A stretch of 63,363 bases of DNA, counting the filler, from Folioceros fuciformis (lineage: Eukaryota): assembly GCA_049999805.1 (NCBI GenBank). It is 11 parts of 11 records of this genome, joined end to end, with 100 filler letters (N's around TTAATTAATTAA, not from the genome) between each part and the next. Parts side by side here need not be neighbours in the genome. Positions count along the whole stretch, not along the records: positions 53,637 to 63,363 come from JBNGIO010001559.1; 10 more parts are not named here. The stretch is one strand, 5' to 3'. The translations under genes were made by a program, and so were the position numbers. A model generated the notes under the pieces. The model had not been told where the DNA came from, did not search any database, and saw only the letters and a program-made list of their open reading frames with translations. Of the stretch, positions 60,701-63,363 are shown one piece after another. Numbering within the stretch: the first letter of the stretch is position 1; each line of letters starts with the position of its first letter.

Positions 60701-61523
60701 GATGCGCCTCGCTAGATCCTCGCAATGGGCAGGAGCAGACCCGAATTGCTGATGAAGGATGAACCAAGGTGCTTTCTTCACCAAAATCTTCAATCAATTC
60801 AGCAATTCTGATCGCAAAGCTGTCTAACCGTATCTCTTTGTTTGATCTGGATGTCCAGCGAACGCCTGAGGAGGAACTTAATGGATTCAAGGCAAGAAAT
60901 TAGGGTCGATAGTAGTGCGTCAGATATTTTATGTCTGAAATTTTTGTGAACAACTTTGCTTGAGTGAAATCTAGTATTATGTCGCCTCTCAAAGTCACCA
61001 TAGTAATTTTGTCTTATAGGGTACCCTCCTTGTCTACTGACTCGATCTGGCCTACTGAAATCAAAGCGCTGTCTCCACAAAAACTGAGGCAGCAGATCCT
61101 CATCAAGCTGCCTCTCGAATCGTGCCATCGAACCAGCAACTCAGAATCATCAATCACTAGAATGAATTTTCCCTTGAATTCCTCATTCAAAGAAAAACTA
61201 AACACAAAACATCCACATGAGATGTATATTTCCAAGCATATATAGACACAACTTATATATGCACAAATATCACTAACTAAGGACTAGAAAAACCATCACC
61301 AGTACTCAACAGCATTTTTCAAGGTCTAAGGAAAAAGAAAATTTTTCTAAAAAAAAAAGGCCATGGCTTTGATACCATGTCAAAGTTGCGGAAGCATGAA
61401 AAACTAAAATAGAATAGAATAATCAAAGTATTACAAAGTTGGTATTTTTAAGGTCTATGACTAACCCTAGTTAACTAACCCATGTCAGGTTAAGTAACCC
61501 ATGTTGGGTTAATCCCATTAATA
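54707..61523 (-). mobile_element. Full-length Ty1/Copia element C: 145/146-bp LTRs, GGATC TSD, PBS-Met, gag-pol with inactivating mutations
   Basis: LTRs at 54707-54851 and 61378-61523; TSD GGATC at 54702-54706 and 61524-61528; PBS TGGTATCAAAGC 61377-61366; PPT AAGTGAGGG; gag from 60236, frameshift near 59640, stop at 57536, RT YVDD and RNase H to 55880; protease DSG reads GSG. Confidence 0.95.
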
Positions 61524-63270
61524 GGATCAGCGCCCAGCGGCCACGACCAGGCCTGTTGACCTGGTCATGACTAGCATGTAGTTGGACAGGCCAGGATTAG
61601 GGCCAGGCTTGGCCGGATCCTAGTCGGCAGGCGGGCCGACCTGCTGTTGTGGTGGATCCGGATAGGCTTGCTGATCGGCGGTTGCAAGCCTCAACTTGAT
61701 CCAACAGGCCGGGGTGACCGCAAGCTGGCTCCAGGCAGGGTAGTAGGTGGGAGGCGTGCCGGCGGGTAGGTAGGCAGGTTGTCGGGCCAGGCAGGCCGGG
61801 TTGCGGTGGAACGGCTAGCCAGATTAGCAAACCGGCAGGATCTGGGGTGGTGGCTTGGATGTGGTCGGATCGGGGGCCGACAGCAACCGGGCTTTGGCTT
61901 GCGGATTTGGCCAAGGGTGGATCCGGGAGTGGCAGGCGGTCTGGGTGGCTGGCCGGGCTAGCAGCAGCCCGATAGGCGGCCTGGCTGTTGAGGAGCCGGC
62001 GGGCCACCCAGCAGATCAGGCTGGCTGGCTAGCAGGCTCAAGTGGCCTCCTAGCTGGAACAGGTGACTGGCGGCAGCTTGGGAGCTAGTGGATCTAGCCC
62101 GCCAGGCGAACGGGTTGGTCGGCAAAGTAGGGGGCAGGGCTAGCAGCGGTCTGGCTGCTCGCCCAGCCGGGCTGGCTGGCTGGGCATGGCTAGAACAGGT
62201 GACAGGCGGCGGCGTTAGCTCTGGGCGAACCGGTTTAGCAGGCAACCAAGCCGATCAGGTTGGCTGCCTGGCCAAATCCGGAAGGAGGGAGGCCAGCTTG
62301 CGGCCTCTGGCAAGCGGCCCGGCAGTAGGCTGCCAGGAGGGCTGGCAGCGGGTCGGCTGCAGGTGGATCCAGGTTGGTTGAGGCCAGGGCCGAGTCTGGG
62401 AGCCGGCAGGCGGCTCAACAGTAGTCAGATCCAGGCCAGGCGGGCGGAGCTGGATCCGCGGGCGTAGCAGGCCGGAACAGGATCCAAGCTGAGGATGAGG
62501 TTGGATCGGGCGGGCCGGCTGGCCGTAGGTGCAAGGGGCAGCAGGCAGCCTAGCCTGTCAGCAGGCCGGCAGCCGGGTTGGATCCAGACCGGCCATGCGG
62601 GGTGCAGGCAGCCGGGCCATGAGCATGCAGGCAACCTAGACCGGCTCAGCAGTGGCTAGCCCAGCCGATCGAGTTGCAGGCAGGCAGCCAGCAGTGGGAG
62701 TCGGCCTAGCTACTTGGCCAGCAGATCATGGAGCCGGGCAGATGACCCAACATTGGCGCAGGTAGGCAGCCGGCAGGTCGCAAGTTAGCAGGGGGGGCTG
62801 GCTGTCGGGTCTAGCTGGCTTGCGGGCTAGATCTAGCTGGCAAGCAGACTGGCTAGGCAGGGCGCAGTCGACTTGGCTGGGCGCTGAAGGCTAGCTGCCC
62901 AGGCCATTGACTGCAACTGCTGGGGAGCTGCTGACAAATTGGCGGGCTGCTGAAGGGCCTAGCTAGTTAGCAAGCCAGCCCAGGCCGGCAGCAGGACAGG
63001 CAATAGGGTGGGTGGCTGGGCCAATAGCTGCCCGGCTGCCTGGCTAGCCGACCCGGCCGGCTGATTCAGGTTGCAGGTAGGCGCCAACGCTTGGCTGGCT
63101 GCGAATGAGGTTGGAGCGGACCCAGGCAGGCTGCGGGCTGAATCCAGCAGGCCGACTGGCTAGGTGAGTCCCGGGAGGTGGCCGCTTGGCTAGATCAGCA
63201 GGGTGGGCAGAAGCTGGGTCGAGGCTAGGTGGGCGAGGTAGAGACCAGATTGGTGGGCTGTGGGGTTAAA
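61524..63270. repeat. GC-rich, G-skewed degenerate low-complexity tract (host sequence of element C, continuous with about 54400-54706)
   Basis: Recurrent ggcagg/gctagc/ggatc/ggccgg words on both sides of the TSD. Confidence 0.6.
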
Positions 63271-63363
63271 ATATGGTACCCGGGGGTACCGCGAGGTCCA
63301 CACAAGCCCTCTATGTCGTTGTAGCTCTGGGATTCGATCCCAAGGGAATGATTCGTGTTAAAC

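Noticed and set aside
61597..62634. Pro/Ala/Gly-rich ORFs on both strands
   Set aside because: Expected by chance in GC-rich low-complexity DNA.
63325..63345. GGGATTCGATCCC resembling a tRNA T-arm
   Set aside because: No D-arm, anticodon arm or acceptor stem could be built around it.

Overview
Eukaryotic (land-plant) nuclear DNA, not prokaryotic. The window is 11 contigs joined by ten artificial 100-nt linkers (N44-TTAATTAATTAA-N44), so adjacency across linkers is not evidence of real synteny. Compact genes with roughly 80-170 nt introns and a PLS-class PPR gene with a PGxSWW box and 37-aa L motifs point to a bryophyte, most likely a hornwort (inference). Recognisable genes: CCT/CONSTANS-like, Kelch-type ACBP4, PLS-E+ PPR, two partial RPS3a copies, RPC9-like, rhomboid protease, CYP71-clan P450, Tim17/22/23-family, NFD6-like, mitochondrial L11, P5CDH/ALDH12A1, F-box and GRDP (DUF1399). 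The rest is mostly transposon DNA: four Copia elements or fragments (one complete with TSD, one nested), LINE, RLE/CRE-like, hAT, MULE/SWIM and Gypsy remnants, plus several tandem arrays. The most notable observations are (i) a triplicated RPS3a terminal exon, with one extra copy keeping an in-phase splice acceptor; (ii) a complete short-LTR Copia with TA...CA termini carrying an antisense extra ORF and a long coding-like leader; (iii) a WW-type editing factor truncated just before the deaminase site; (iv) an RLE-type non-LTR fossil; and (v) intronless copies of normally intron-rich genes. All family calls come from motif recognition by eye; no database search was run.
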